A stretch of 64,000 nucleotides of DNA. It comes from Octopus bimaculoides. Its lineage: Eukaryota. Under the pieces are notes generated by a model. It did no database searches. It saw nothing but the letters and a program-made list of their open reading frames with translations, and had not been told where the DNA came from. Positions 43,685-55,619 of this stretch are shown piece by piece; within the stretch, counting starts at the first letter, position 1, and each line of letters begins with the position of its first letter. Where the stretch lies: the NCBI RefSeq assembly GCF_001194135.2, contig NC_068988.1, positions 28,341,916-28,405,915 on the forward strand, read 5' to 3'. The translations under genes were made by a program, and so were the position numbers.

Positions 43685-44520
43685 TACTAGTCCATAGTCT
43701 GAAATGACTTTGGAGTTTTACACCTTTTGCTAAAAACAATATTTTCTCTCCATGGCAAACTGTAGTGAAAAATACAGATCAATTATGTCCTTTCACATAT
43801 TTGAACTGATATAAAAATCTGTTTAATAGTTATAATTGGATGAAGAGAAGCTTCAGTTCATACTTGAAGTCTGAGAGTGTAAGGCCTTATGAGAATCATA
43901 ACAATGACTTTATAATCCCATCACTATACGTCAGAGTGCCAAACTCTTCTCAGTTTAGCATCTACTTAACTGAAATTAGGTTCTTTGAAAAGAAGTAGCA
44001 TGATGATACTTATCTTATTGGTGACAAATTTGTTAGTCGATAGTAGTGGATTCTGAAGCTAACAAAAAATAACTAAAAATAATTGATTATGCAGTTGGCA
44101 TAAAAACAATATTAGTCATTGTCTAATATTATTTTCATTTGTTTTTCAGACATGTTTCAACATTATTTTGAACTCATCAGCAAAGCACAACCTTCATTAT
44201 ATATGTTGCATTAGATTACATGAATAATTCAGAGATGTTTTCTACATGAGACACAATTAATTACTGTTAGCGTATTTTATAAACAATGTTGTTAACTTTA
44301 TTCACATCCTATAACCTTTGGGTTGTAGCACTGGAGCAGGACAATTTCAGTCAATGAAATTGAGCAGTTAGACTCAGGTCAGTCTCTTAAGAACCCTGCA
44401 GTCCTTATCAATAATTGAGACACCCAGAATTAAACGTAACCATGTACGAGTGTCTGCAAATGAATGGTGTGACATGACAAAGTTGAAATAAGATGAAATA
44501 TATTATGGAGGAGGAAGCAT

Positions 44521-44975
44521 AGGCATGGTGGTGTGGTTGAGGAGTTTGTTTTGCAGCCACGTGGTGCCAGGTTCAGTTCCACTGTGCAGCATCTTCTACT
44601 AGGGCTCCAGGCCAACCATTGACCTGTGAATGAATTTGGCACGTGGAAACTGTGTGGAAGCCCATTGCGTGTGTGTGTGTATGTGTGTGTGTGTGTATGT
44701 GTGTATGTATGTGTATGTGTGCCTGTGTGTGCACGCACATGTGCATGCATACATTTCTTTGTCTTTATTTGTAACCCTCCACCTCTGCTTGACAACCAGT
44801 GTTGGTGTGGTTACATCCCTGTAACTTAGCAGCTTGGTAAAAGAGACCAATAAAATAAGTGCCAGACTTGAAATTTAAAGACTGGAGAAGTGGGATGGCT
44901 TGTTCAACTAAATCTTTTCAAAGCATTACTTCAGCATGGCTGCAATCCAATGACTAAAACAAGGAAAAGACAGAA
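44521..44975 (+). mobile_element. SINE family A
   Basis: Head, microsatellite and tail. Further copies at ~1450, 3635, 10925, 16510, 37900, 38995, 41660, 55905, 61085 and 63137. Confidence 0.75.
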
Positions 44976-45539
44976 GAACTACATTATTACAAAGTAATAA
45001 TAGTCTATTTTAGCTACATTAATAGAGAAATTAATTAACTACAAACATGGTGAAATTTAGAAATATCTCCCTTGTCACACACAATCTGACATCCAGAAAG
45101 GAAAATGTTCTGTATATTCATTTAATGATTGTTTTTGTTATAGTCGTCAAACTGGAACTAGCGTATTATAAGCTCCAGTCTAACCTGTTTCTACTGACAG
45201 CTCCTGCTATGATGATGTCTGATGGAGAGCATCCCATGAATTGCATATAGTGATCCTGATTGAGAAGCTAAACAGTTCTGTCACTTCCCTGAGGTGAACA
45301 CCAAGATTAAGAGGGTAAGAACCTGTCGTGATTCCATCCATCCATTTTCTCAACCCAATTTTCCCAGGAGGGTGGTGGGGGTAGAGACCTCAAGCATTTC
45401 TTCTATAAGATCCTATGATGAGTAACCATTATTACACTTTCCTATTGGATTTCCAAGTGCAACCAACCAAGACTATGGATATTGTCCAAACACCTTGTTC
45501 ATGGTCTACCTCTAAGTCTCCTGCCGATTGGCTCGGCTT

Positions 45540-45750
45540 GAAGAATCTGTCTTGTGATTCTTTCCTGCAATATTCTAATCACATGTCTGTTTTGCAGAAG
45601 TTTGAAATTAATGTGCAGCTTCTGGTTACTGTGAAGTCCGTATACAAAGGCCTAGATATTTACATTTGAGTACATGGTACTTAGAACCTTTCAACATGGA
45701 TGTTGGACCTTGGCAGGGGTGTGTATTGTCACCTATCCTTTTCATAATTA
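45540..45750 (+). mobile_element. LINE reverse transcriptase fragment
   Basis: LLVTVKSVYKG...FNMDVGPWQGCVLSPILFII matches the RT QGCVLSP motif; interrupted by stops. Confidence 0.7.
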
Positions 45751-46795
45751 ACGTTTTGATTCTCTATTTAAAATCATATTTTAATCTACCCACTACCTAA
45801 TGACCTATTGACTACTCACCTATTATAAGTCAACTGATTTTCTCCTTAGTCTTCAAAATGTACTTTGATTTTTTTTTATATTCCTATAGAAGAAATTTGT
45901 AAATTATTTTGTTCTAGTTTTTGAGTGTGAGGGAAAAAAAATCATTTCAATGTTTGAAAATAACTGAGGAAGAAAGGAGTGACTCCTAATGCTACACTGA
46001 AACTATGAAACCATTTTTCATTATGAAAGATTTAGATATGAAAAGAGATTAGTATGTACTGTCTTGGGTCTTAGGACTCATAGGGCCAGTTTCTTGGTTT
46101 CTATAACATATAAGGGATCAATATTGCAACATTCTCTCTGAACAGGATGCCAACCCATTGTACGGCTTACTCATTTACAGCTGGAACAATGTGAAAAGAA
46201 GTGTTTTGCTCAAGAACACAATGAAGTTCCTGGTCCAAGAATCAAAACCATGATCTTGCAATCATGAGTGCAGTACCCTTATCACTAGGCTACATATCTA
46301 TCTTCACAACAGAAATTAGAAACAAATAATATATGTTTTTACATGAAAAGAAAAACTATTTGCACTTCAACCCTAACAAATCTTGTTTCACCAAATCTTT
46401 GTATAAATCAATACAAAAAAAAAAAAAATTCAAAAAATTTCTGTGATAAAACTTTTATACTAACGATAATAGTGAAAAACATTTTGTTTTAGAATCTTGG
46501 AAATAAAAGTTATCTATATTCTAATCGAGGTAATGAAGTAACTTAAACATGTGATTTAGAATTGATGATGAATAAATGCAAGTTTGTGTGTGTATGGTGA
46601 GGTGCAATGGTATATAAGATATATGCATCAGTAGAGAGCAGTCTGTGGTAGAAAAACCTGATATGATTACAGCAGAATAAGATTAAAAATAAAAGAAAAA
46701 GAAAGGGTTGAATAGTGAGAGATCTACAAGACATCTGGATTCCTTGTTCATGTATTGATATACAAGCACATTCTTTTAAGGAGAGAATTACATAC

Positions 46796-46879
46796 AGAAT
46801 CTTGATATATGCAATAGCATATGCACCTTTTTAGAAAGATTTGCAAACCATCCATATTTCCAGTAAATCTATCTTTGTA
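46796..46879 (-). other. Candidate internal exon, 84 nt
   Basis: Acceptor tttttctttctctcaaacttgcctgttcag, donor CT|gtatgt. Only phase 0 is open (YKDRFTGNMDGLQIFLKRCICYCIYQDS). Confidence 0.4.
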
Positions 46880-47706
46880 CTGAACAGGCAAGTTTGAGAG
46901 AAAGAAAAAAAAGTGTTATACAAACATTAGAGAAACATGTCAAACATATTTGAAGTAAACATATTGATGTAGAAGCAGGGGATGATATTTTTAGTGAGGG
47001 AGGAATTGTAATAGAATAGGTCAGCCGGTAGAGTGTAAAAGATATTGAATATCAGATAAAAGAGAATTCACTTGAATTTATTGCCCAATAATACTGTAAG
47101 GCACACTGAATCTTAGTGATATAAAAAAAGGTGGCACTGCTTCTTCACCATCCTTTAACATCTGCTTTCCATGCTGGCATGGGTTGGATGGGTTGATCAG
47201 AGCTAGCAAGCTGGAGAGCTGCACCAAGTTCTGGGTTTTTATGGCTAGATGCCCTTTCTAATGCTAATCAGATTACAGTGTGTGCTGTGTGTTCTTTATG
47301 TGACACCACATGAGCTCTTTTACCTGGTACTGGCACAAGTGCTTTTTTATGTGGCACTGGCACACGACTCTTGCAGGCTAATCCTCTTTGCCAGGGGTAG
47401 TGGCCATAACACTTCTACCGAGAAGGATGGGTCTTCACAAGTACAGCATGGTACCAGGTATCTTAGTCCTTTGTCATCATGTCTGAGAGGTTCAACATCC
47501 AGGTCATCCTTCAGTACTTCATCCCATGTCTTCTTTCATCTGTCTTGTTGAAGATGAAATTACAAGATTCAAAATATGATTACCCAGGGAGTTAATCTAA
47601 AGAGGAGAGACCACAGCTATGACCCTTTTTAGCTTGATGAGAAAAAGTTATTCACAGCTCAGAGACTTGGTCTGAATGTCTGCAACAGAGTTCGAAATTT
47701 CCCCAA

Positions 47707-47752
47707 GACACCTGAAGAAGGCTGGAGGGTATATCAGCCGAAACGTTGTGTT
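47707..47752 (+). ncRNA. Minimal type I hammerhead ribozyme motif in a Penelope-like end (47640-47780)
   Basis: GACAC-CTGAAGA-A-GGCTG(10 nt)CAGCC-GAAA-CG-TT-GTGTT. Confidence 0.7.
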
Positions 47753-48432
47753 AAAAACAAACAAGATGAGGACAAATATCCGTCAAATGTAAATAATGTA
47801 TACATCTAAATTATTCTCTCCATGTCATACAACAAAATTTGTTACCATAATGGTAAAAGGTTTTGCATTTAGTAATTTTGATGAGAGCAAATGGCTTTTG
47901 TACAAAATGGAAGTTGTGTGATGTAGTGTGAAAAATGTAGGAGAACATGAAAGGGAGGAAAAAATACCTTACAGAAAACAGAAAATAGACAAGTGAAACT
48001 GTTGGTTTACATCTATTTATACAATTAAAACTTCCACTCTTATTTTTGTTAAGTTACAATTTATTCAACTTTGTTGACAGTGTTGAGAACAAACTATTTC
48101 AAGAAACCAAAGTATCATAGAAGGTATTTTAATATCTACTTGAAGGAGAATGGAGTCCACTTGATTTTAAAAGCAGCAGACACACTTCATAATAGTGCTT
48201 TAGGCAGACGACATTTGCCTTCTTTTTTCAAAGTATTAGCAATACATTTATTTATGCAATATTATCTGTTTTTAAAACAGTATGACATGGGCAGAAACAG
48301 TCTGGATCATTTACAGTATATACTGCATTTGATGGCAAATAAGATGCACTTTTTTCCTCCTCAAAATATGTCTCAATAGTTCACCCTTGGTCCTACATGA
48401 AAAGCTGGGCCTCCATCTAAATATTACATGCT

Positions 48433-48656
48433 TTAACCCTTTAGCATTTAAACTGGCCATATCCAGCCCAAATATTCTGTTTCATGTTCAAAATAGCCAG
48501 ATGCAGCCTCTCACACTACCCCACAATGACATTCTAAAAATATGCAACCCGCATCGTCAAATTCTTGAATCTACAAGCTAATGCATGATTAATTCAAAGC
48601 AGTGTGAATACATATGCATTACATTTAACGGAGCAATCTGAATGCTAAAGGGTTAT
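48433..48656. mobile_element. piggyBac-like MITE nested in a Tc1/mariner-like MITE (48322-48753)
   Basis: TTAA + ccctttagcatt ... aatgctaaaggg + ttat. The host element has matching ends actgcatttgatggcaaataagatgc / gcatcttttatgccactgaatacagt. Confidence 0.7.
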
Positions 48657-49427
48657 TTATACTAAAAACGTTTTTTTCTGTTTTTCCTGAATATGCTGAA
48701 ATTGGGGGGTGCATCTAATATACCCATGCATCTTTTATGCCACTGAATACAGTTCTTGCATGTCTCTACATTTCTAAATTCAAATCCAGCTAGAGTTACA
48801 TTTGCTTTTCATTCCTCTTAAGTACTTGGGTTAAGTTAATCAAATGTACTGATCTTTCAAAGTTTATGACCTAGTGGCTTATCTTAGCAATCAATAGTAA
48901 GTTAATTATAATAATTTTTTTTAGTAATTAAATTTGCTTTATAATTTCACTGTAAAAGATAATCATTATTTTCTGGCTTTACTAGAAAAATAATTTTTAA
49001 TTTCCTGGATAAGTCTTTCAGTGATACAGAACGTTGTTAAACAGATGCAACCATATTGATATCTTCTGCTGTTATCTGCTCTGAATGATGCTGCTTGTAG
49101 TATGAGCATTACAGGTAAGACGAACAGGATCTACAAATAGATATAGGGCTTAAAATAGATGAGGAAATGAAGATCTGCACACTACACTGGCAACCCGGGA
49201 GATGTGTTGCTTTGTTTTCCACCAGATGCATCTGTTTGTTTATATTTGCTTTGTGTGTGCCACATTTATTGCTGGCTTATAAAAAAAAAATTACCTCACA
49301 TACACTAACACACCCCCACACATTAATTTAATGATACTCCATGTGTACTCATGTTTTCTATATACATCTGACTAGAGTTATATCAACAAAAGGAACAAAT
49401 GTGAGTGGGAGAGAGAGAGAGAGAGAG

Positions 49428-49511
<84 letters not shown>

Positions 49512-50421
49512 CGTGCGTGTGTGAGAGCGTGTAAGAGAGCATATGAGTGTGTACGAGTGTGAGTGCTAAATGAATATAAGTATATATTTAAACAAATTAT
49601 TTTTTCGCTTTTTCGTGTGTGAACATCATGCTTGTGGGAAGGAACATAGAAATTGAAAACAAAAAAAAATTGGAAGAAGGTTGATTTTATTTAGAATGAA
49701 GTAACTCTTTCATATCGAACTGAACAAGAGCTAAAATACTTCTCAACGTTGGATATTTTGCCTTGAAAAATTATGACTATCAGCTAGAAGATTTTAGGGA
49801 GTTGTTCTGGACTAGGTGAATTTTAACTGAAAATTGGTAATCAAAGGACCTTCAGTCATGACCATCCCGAAAGTACGGTATCCAATCTGTCCTAACTTAA
49901 AAAAAAAATATTGTCAATTGAATAAATATAGCTGTTGTTTCTGGCAGGTTGAGTGACCACAGAAGTTCCTCGGTAACTTTATTGAAAAAGGAGAGTATTG
50001 TAGTTCGCTTGAAGCATTGTGTATTGTTTGTAAAGAATAAAAAAATAAAAAAATAAAAATAAAAACAGGAAAACAATTTAAAACCCCTGCTCCTTATATA
50101 AACATTTAGGTTTCAAACATTTAAGAAATATATTTAAGCCAAACATTTCAAATAGCAAGGACAGTAATTATAATGAATGGAAGCGGCGAATTGTTTAGAT
50201 GTTAGTGCGTCGAACAAAACGCTTTCAGGTGTTCCAGCACTGAACTTTTGAGTTTAAATCATTGAAACCAACTTTAATCGATAAATAAGATACCGGTCAA
50301 AATACATTATCGATCCCCATCTCTTTGAATCAAAAGGTTCGTGGGTAACCATTGAAGTAGTTCTCCGGGAATGGGGACGGGTTGAGGGAGAAACTCGTAA
50401 CCATTTTTTTTCCCATAGAAA

Positions 50422-50452
<31 letters not shown>

Positions 50453-50457
50453 TACTG

Positions 50458-50722
50458 CAGTGTTTCTCAATCATTTTTTTTTTTCTCCTATGGGCCCCTT
50501 TCATTCCTATTTTATTCGGATAGACCCTCCAAACCATTCGATGTTTTAAAAACCATATATTCTTATAATTAAATATCATTCGGGATTGTACAAAAAAAAA
50601 TTGTTAAAATATCCTGTGAATAGTTGAAATATAACAAATTTATTGCAGATAAATTTTAACGACAAAATCTTATGTGAACCCCGCCTGAGGACTATAACAT
50701 GGACCCCGGTTAAGAACTACAG
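50458..50722. mobile_element. hAT MITE (degenerate)
   Basis: Internal similarity to the 9263 and 24675 copies; degenerate TIRs. Confidence 0.55.
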
Positions 50723-51632
50723 AGATATTGGGAGGGACTATGGACGGACTGATGTGCAACAGTGTAGCACGGGACAGAAAAAAAAATAATGAAAGAACAG
50801 CAGCAAAAACAGAATTCAAATTACTAAAAAAAAAAAAAATCCCTAATCACAGTTTCAGTTTATTCTCCTTCACAACAGAGAAAGCAGACAATCCCAGGAA
50901 AACTGGATTAAATGACAAGAGATTGGTGCTGATATCCTGTTCGAGGCAGTTGACACCTCTCAACTGTGATGTCTTCTTCAGATTTCAACAAATGGAAACT
51001 GTTTCACACTAACTCGACCAAATTGCACATGTCAGGAGACAACAGATGTGCTACAGCCAACAAATAGAGAACAGTGGAATAGAAAACTCCGTATTCGGTG
51101 ACAGGCGTGATAATTAATACTAATGAGAGAATATCTTTATTCCTTTAGCTTATGTATCTGCCCTATATATATCGATGCTCTGTCAATTGATATAGTTTAA
51201 CTATGTGCGTGTGCGCACGTACGCACACACACAATTAAATAAATGACGAAGGAACAGGAAACTATGCTTTGAACTTCATTAGCTTACCGCTGTTTCTGCT
51301 ATGAAACGCAGTGCACTAAGAGCTGAGTGCTTCTGCTTCCTCCGAGCTTCTAATATATACATACGTATATGTTTATACAAGAAAACAGGTGTTATATTTA
51401 TGTGTCGTGAAATAATGTAGTCCCAAGTTTCGGTGGGTTGGGGGCAGTTTTACTTTAATGTTCATCAGTAACGAACCACATTGATCAACTGAGTGAATCA
51501 ACTCTGTCAATTAATGTGGTTCGTAAATAAACAAACATCTGCATGAAGCAAATGAAGAATAAATAAATATCTCCCTTGACAGGCCTCTACATGTTTCAGA
51601 TAACTTTCCCAGGAAAGCCTGCAATGTGCGTA

Positions 51633-51691
<59 letters not shown>

Positions 51692-52100
51692 TAGTCAATG
51701 TAGATAGTTAAATAATATATCCTGTCCAGAGACAACAAAAACGTACACAGTAAATAGGAACTCGCGATCATGAACTAAAACATGAGTGTGAAACCAACAA
51801 ACAGAAAGGTCAGAGCAATTAGTATTAATGGCCAAACACTGAAGCAAACTTGTTTCTCAGATGGTTCAGTCAAAATAGTTGGTTGTTTCACTGACTATCC
51901 ATCCATCCATCCATCCAGAAATATACGTCTTGCCAAGACGATAATTCACGTTAAAAAATTCTTAAATTTTACCTCAATTCTTTTTTTTAAAGTGTAGCTT
52001 AATTTGAAAATGTTGAAAGCATAATTAACAATTTAAAGACAAATTGGGGGTGGGGGGAGAAGCATAGTTTCAAAGGAAACACACGCACACACTTTTATAT

Positions 52101-52186
52101 GTGGTGATAGAAACTTCGAAGTTTCGGCCTGCTAGCCATCATTGGACAGGCGAGTAGGCCGGAACCTTCGGAGTCACTATCAACAC
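52101..52186. ncRNA. Pre-miRNA-like hairpin candidate
   Basis: Imperfect ~33-bp inverted repeat around a 19-nt loop that can add 3 bp (GCC/GGC); unique, GC-rich sequence. Confidence 0.35.
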
Positions 52187-52705
52187 TATTCTTGTTAAAG
52201 TATAATATATATATGTCCTCTACAAAAAAAGTATTGTGTAATCCTTTAGTTTAATGGAAAATTTTCATTATAACTTGACATAAACACGCACACACACACA
52301 TATATATCCAATTGGTAAATTAGAGAAATAATCATAAAAAATAATCATTAAACAGCTAAAATGAAGCCAAAATATTTACAAAAATCGTTATTTAATTATA
52401 ATTGATGTAAGTAAAACAGGTTCTTCAACAGTGAAATGCCATATTTAACAAATCCAGCTGAAGCAATGAGTTTGCAAGGAAATTAAGGAGAGTAGGTTCA
52501 ACACATCACCTGCTTATAAGAACAGCAACAACAATAACAAACCACTACTTGGTTTAGCATCGATTCCGGCAAGCAATTTAATGACAAATAAACAGAATCA
52601 CACACAGAGACACATCAAGCTTAGACATATTGATACATAAAGAGAACACAGTCGTGGAAATATAAACAATAATAATATAAATATTGCACACAGACTGCAT
52701 CATCA

Positions 52706-52753
<48 letters not shown>

Positions 52754-52854
52754 TCTATATGTGTGTGTGTATGTATGTATGTATGTATGTATAAAACACT
52801 TTAAAACAAAGACACATTAACAAGTATACTATTACTCACAATTCAGCAATCATG

Positions 52855-53045
52855 AACACATACATACACATGTATGTATGTATGTATGTACGTATGTACG
52901 TACGTATCTATGCATGTATGTATGTACGTATGTACGTACGTATCTATGCATGTATGTATGTATGCATGCATGTATGTATGTATGCATGTATGCATGTATT
53001 ATGTATGTATGTATGTATGTATGCATGCATGTATGTGTGTGTGTC
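52855..53045. repeat. (TATG)n-derived array with an internal ~36-bp duplication
   Basis: tatgtatgtacgtatgtacgtacgtatctatgcatg occurs twice. Confidence 0.9.
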
Positions 53046-54178
53046 TGTAGTAGTGCCGACTTATTCAATGCATAAACAAAACAAAACAAACAAAACAGAC
53101 ATCTATGAAAATAATATAGAAAGGACACATTTACAAAGTAAACAGATATATTACTCATGTGTAAACATACACATTCTTAAACACAACAAACACTCATAAA
53201 ATAAAGACAATTTTTTTTAATGTACATAAACAGGAAGATTGAATACCGGACCCACCAAACATCATTGCTGCCTGCATATGTGTGTGTGATTACATATCTA
53301 ATTTTATAGTTTCTTTCATTAAAAGAAGGAAGGAAAATGGTAAATGAGAAAATATTAGAAAATCAAACATTACAAACTTTAATTTGAAAAATTAAAGAAC
53401 GGAAGGGCAGCATTTGACTTTTTCGACTGAAATGTTTTTTTTTTTTAACCCAGTATTTACACGCTGTTGTTTAAAGTTGTATGGACTTCGAGGTCCACTG
53501 CTCCAATATATATATATATATANNNNNNNNNNNNNNNNNNNNNNNNNNNNNNNNNNNNNNNNNNNNNNNNNNNNNNNNNNNNNNNNNNNNNNNNNNNNNN
53601 NNNNNNNNNNNNNNNNNNNNNNNNNNNNNNNNNNNNNNNNNNNNNNNNNNNNNNNNNNNNNNNNNNNNNNNNNNNNNNNNNNNNNNNNNNNNNNNNNNNN
53701 NNNNNNNNNNNNNNNNNNNNNNNNNNNNNNNNNNNNNNNNNNNNNNNNNNNNNNNNNNNNNNNNNNNNNNNNNNNNNNNNNNNNNNNNNNNNNNNNNNNN
53801 NNNNNNNNNNNNNNNNNNNNNNNNNNNNNNNNNNNNNNNNNNNNNNNNNNNNNNNNNNNNNNNNATGACTGTGGAATTATTGAAAATATTGGAAAGTGAG
53901 CTATGGGGTATTTTCATTTGACAACTGAGTTTCACTTGAGGTTACATCAATTGAAGACAATCTTGTGGGGTGGAAATACTTACAGACTGAGCATAGCAAG
54001 ACATTGACATAGAAAATAAAGAAGGTTAAATAATAAAAAAAAAGTTTGGTCAACTTCGATGGAATAATTTGGAAAGCGTCGCAAAATGGCGTGAAAAAAA
54101 AAAGAGAAAGAAAAGAGAGAGACATAGAAAAATAAAATAGAAAGAGAGAGAGAGAGAGAAAAAGAGAAAGTTCCTTAC

Positions 54179-54293
54179 CCAAGTTCAATCTTGAAACTGA
54201 ATGAATATCCTTTTCCCAGGACTGGATCCAAGTGCCCCCAGTATGGTCACTGGATGGTAGGCTATGATCTGACGCGTTACCATCCATATTCAT
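54179..54293 (-). CDS. Second ORF start MNMDGNASDHSLPSSDHTGGTWIQSWEKDIHSVSRLNL, open into the donor (phase 1); product unknown
   Basis: ATG overlaps the uORF stop (TGATG); 38 codons plus 1 nt to the donor; no homology recognised. Confidence 0.35.
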
Positions 54294-54352
54294 CAACTTT
54301 CTAACAGCGCCCACTGCAACAGTTGTGGCAGTTGGTAGGAACGTTTAGCCAT
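54293..54352 (-). CDS. Short upstream ORF MAKRSYQLPQLLQWALLES*
   Basis: First ATG of the exon, in strong context (aacaacATGG); 19 codons then TGA TGA. Confidence 0.4.
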   Translation of the reverse strand: MAKRSYQLPQLLQWALLES

Positions 54353-54690
54353 GTTGTTGGCACTAACATAACGGAACTCTGCTACTACACCCCTCTACAA
54401 GACAGCTTCCAGTGAACAAAGCGCTCATCTCCCCAGCGCCTTCGCTACTTTGCCAACTGCCACAAACTGTAGTTTTCCTTTCCCCCACCAAACTTTCTGC
54501 GAGTGTTTAACTAAATTTACAATCTGTCGAGATGACAATGCTTATATCAAATCTACTTATTTCTGTTTTTTTTACTGATTCTTTTTAGTCGTACACAACT
54601 TTTAATGTCGGTGCTGTTGATGTTTGTTTAAAGTTTGTCGTCTTTGCTATGATGGAACCTTGTTTGTGTGAAAGAAAGTTAGCAGAAGAG

Positions 54691-54725
54691 AGTGACGTCA
54701 TCGGGCCGTTGATCTGCGATTGGTC
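54691..54725. promoter_or_regulatory. Promoter elements: palindromic CRE (TGACGTCA) and CCAAT box
   Basis: TGACGTCA at 54693-54700 and ATTGG at 54719-54723, inside the most CpG-rich, repeat-free stretch of the window and just upstream of the minus-strand first exon. Confidence 0.6.
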
Positions 54726-55576
54726 GCCAACATAACTTGTTGAAGTCACCAGAGTTTGGCTATTTTTGTCAGACTTTTTCCTCGATCGATAATAACGAAG
54801 AACTACTTTGGCATTAAAGGTTTTCATTTATTATTCATGTCTTTTTTTTTTTTTTCATGAGCGAATACTATAACAATTATCCAAGTGTAACGAGCAAAAC
54901 AACGAAAGTAGTGAAATTTATAGCAAAAGCAAACATTGTTTTCCTTTTTACCAATTATACTTGGAAGAACTTGGAATCATACACACGCGCACACACGCAC
55001 ACACACGCATATATACTACTGACAAACATACACGCACACACGTCATTATATATTTGCATATATGTATGTAAATATATATATGCATGTNNNNNNNNNNNNN
55101 NNNNNNNNNNNNNNNNNNNNNNNNNNNNNNNNNNNNNNNNNNNNNNNNNNNNNNNNNNNNNNNNNNNNNNNNNNNNNNNNNNNNNNNNNNNNNNNNNNNN
55201 NNNNNNNNNNNNNNNNNNNNNNNNNNNNNNNNNNNNNNNNNNNNNNNNNNNNNNNNNNNNNNNNNNNNNNNNNNNNNNNNNNNNNNNNNNNNNNNNNNNN
55301 NNNNNNNNNNNNNNNNNNNNNNNNNNNNNNNNNNNNNNNNNNNNNNNNNNNNNNNNNNNNNNNNNNNNNNNNNNNNNNNNNNNNNNNNNNNNNNNNNNNN
55401 NNNNNNNNNNNNNNNNNNNNNNNNNNNNNNNNNNNNNNNNNNNNNNNNNNNNNNNNNNNNNNNNNNNNNNNNNNNNNNNNNNNNNNNNNNNNNNNNNNNN
55501 NNNNNNNNNNNNNNNNNNNNNNNNNNNNNNNNNNNNNNNNNNNNNNNNNNNNNNNNNNNNNNNNNNNNNNNNNNNN

Positions 55577-55619
<43 letters not shown>

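Larger units (their letters stand above)
54179..54540 (-). other. Putative first exon of a minus-strand transcript (5' end approximate)
   Basis: GC-enriched unique sequence ending in the donor CTTGG|gtaagg (boundary 54179) and lying next to CRE/CCAAT. Confidence 0.6.

Noticed and set aside
51014-51050. Antizyme-like TCC TGA frameshift site in a possible 37-nt exon
   Set aside because: The +1 frame closes within ten codons and no antizyme ORF1/ORF2 similarity is seen.
54179-54215. KDIHSVSRL resembling a RhoGAP motif
   Set aside because: No flanking RhoGAP sequence; short coincidental match.
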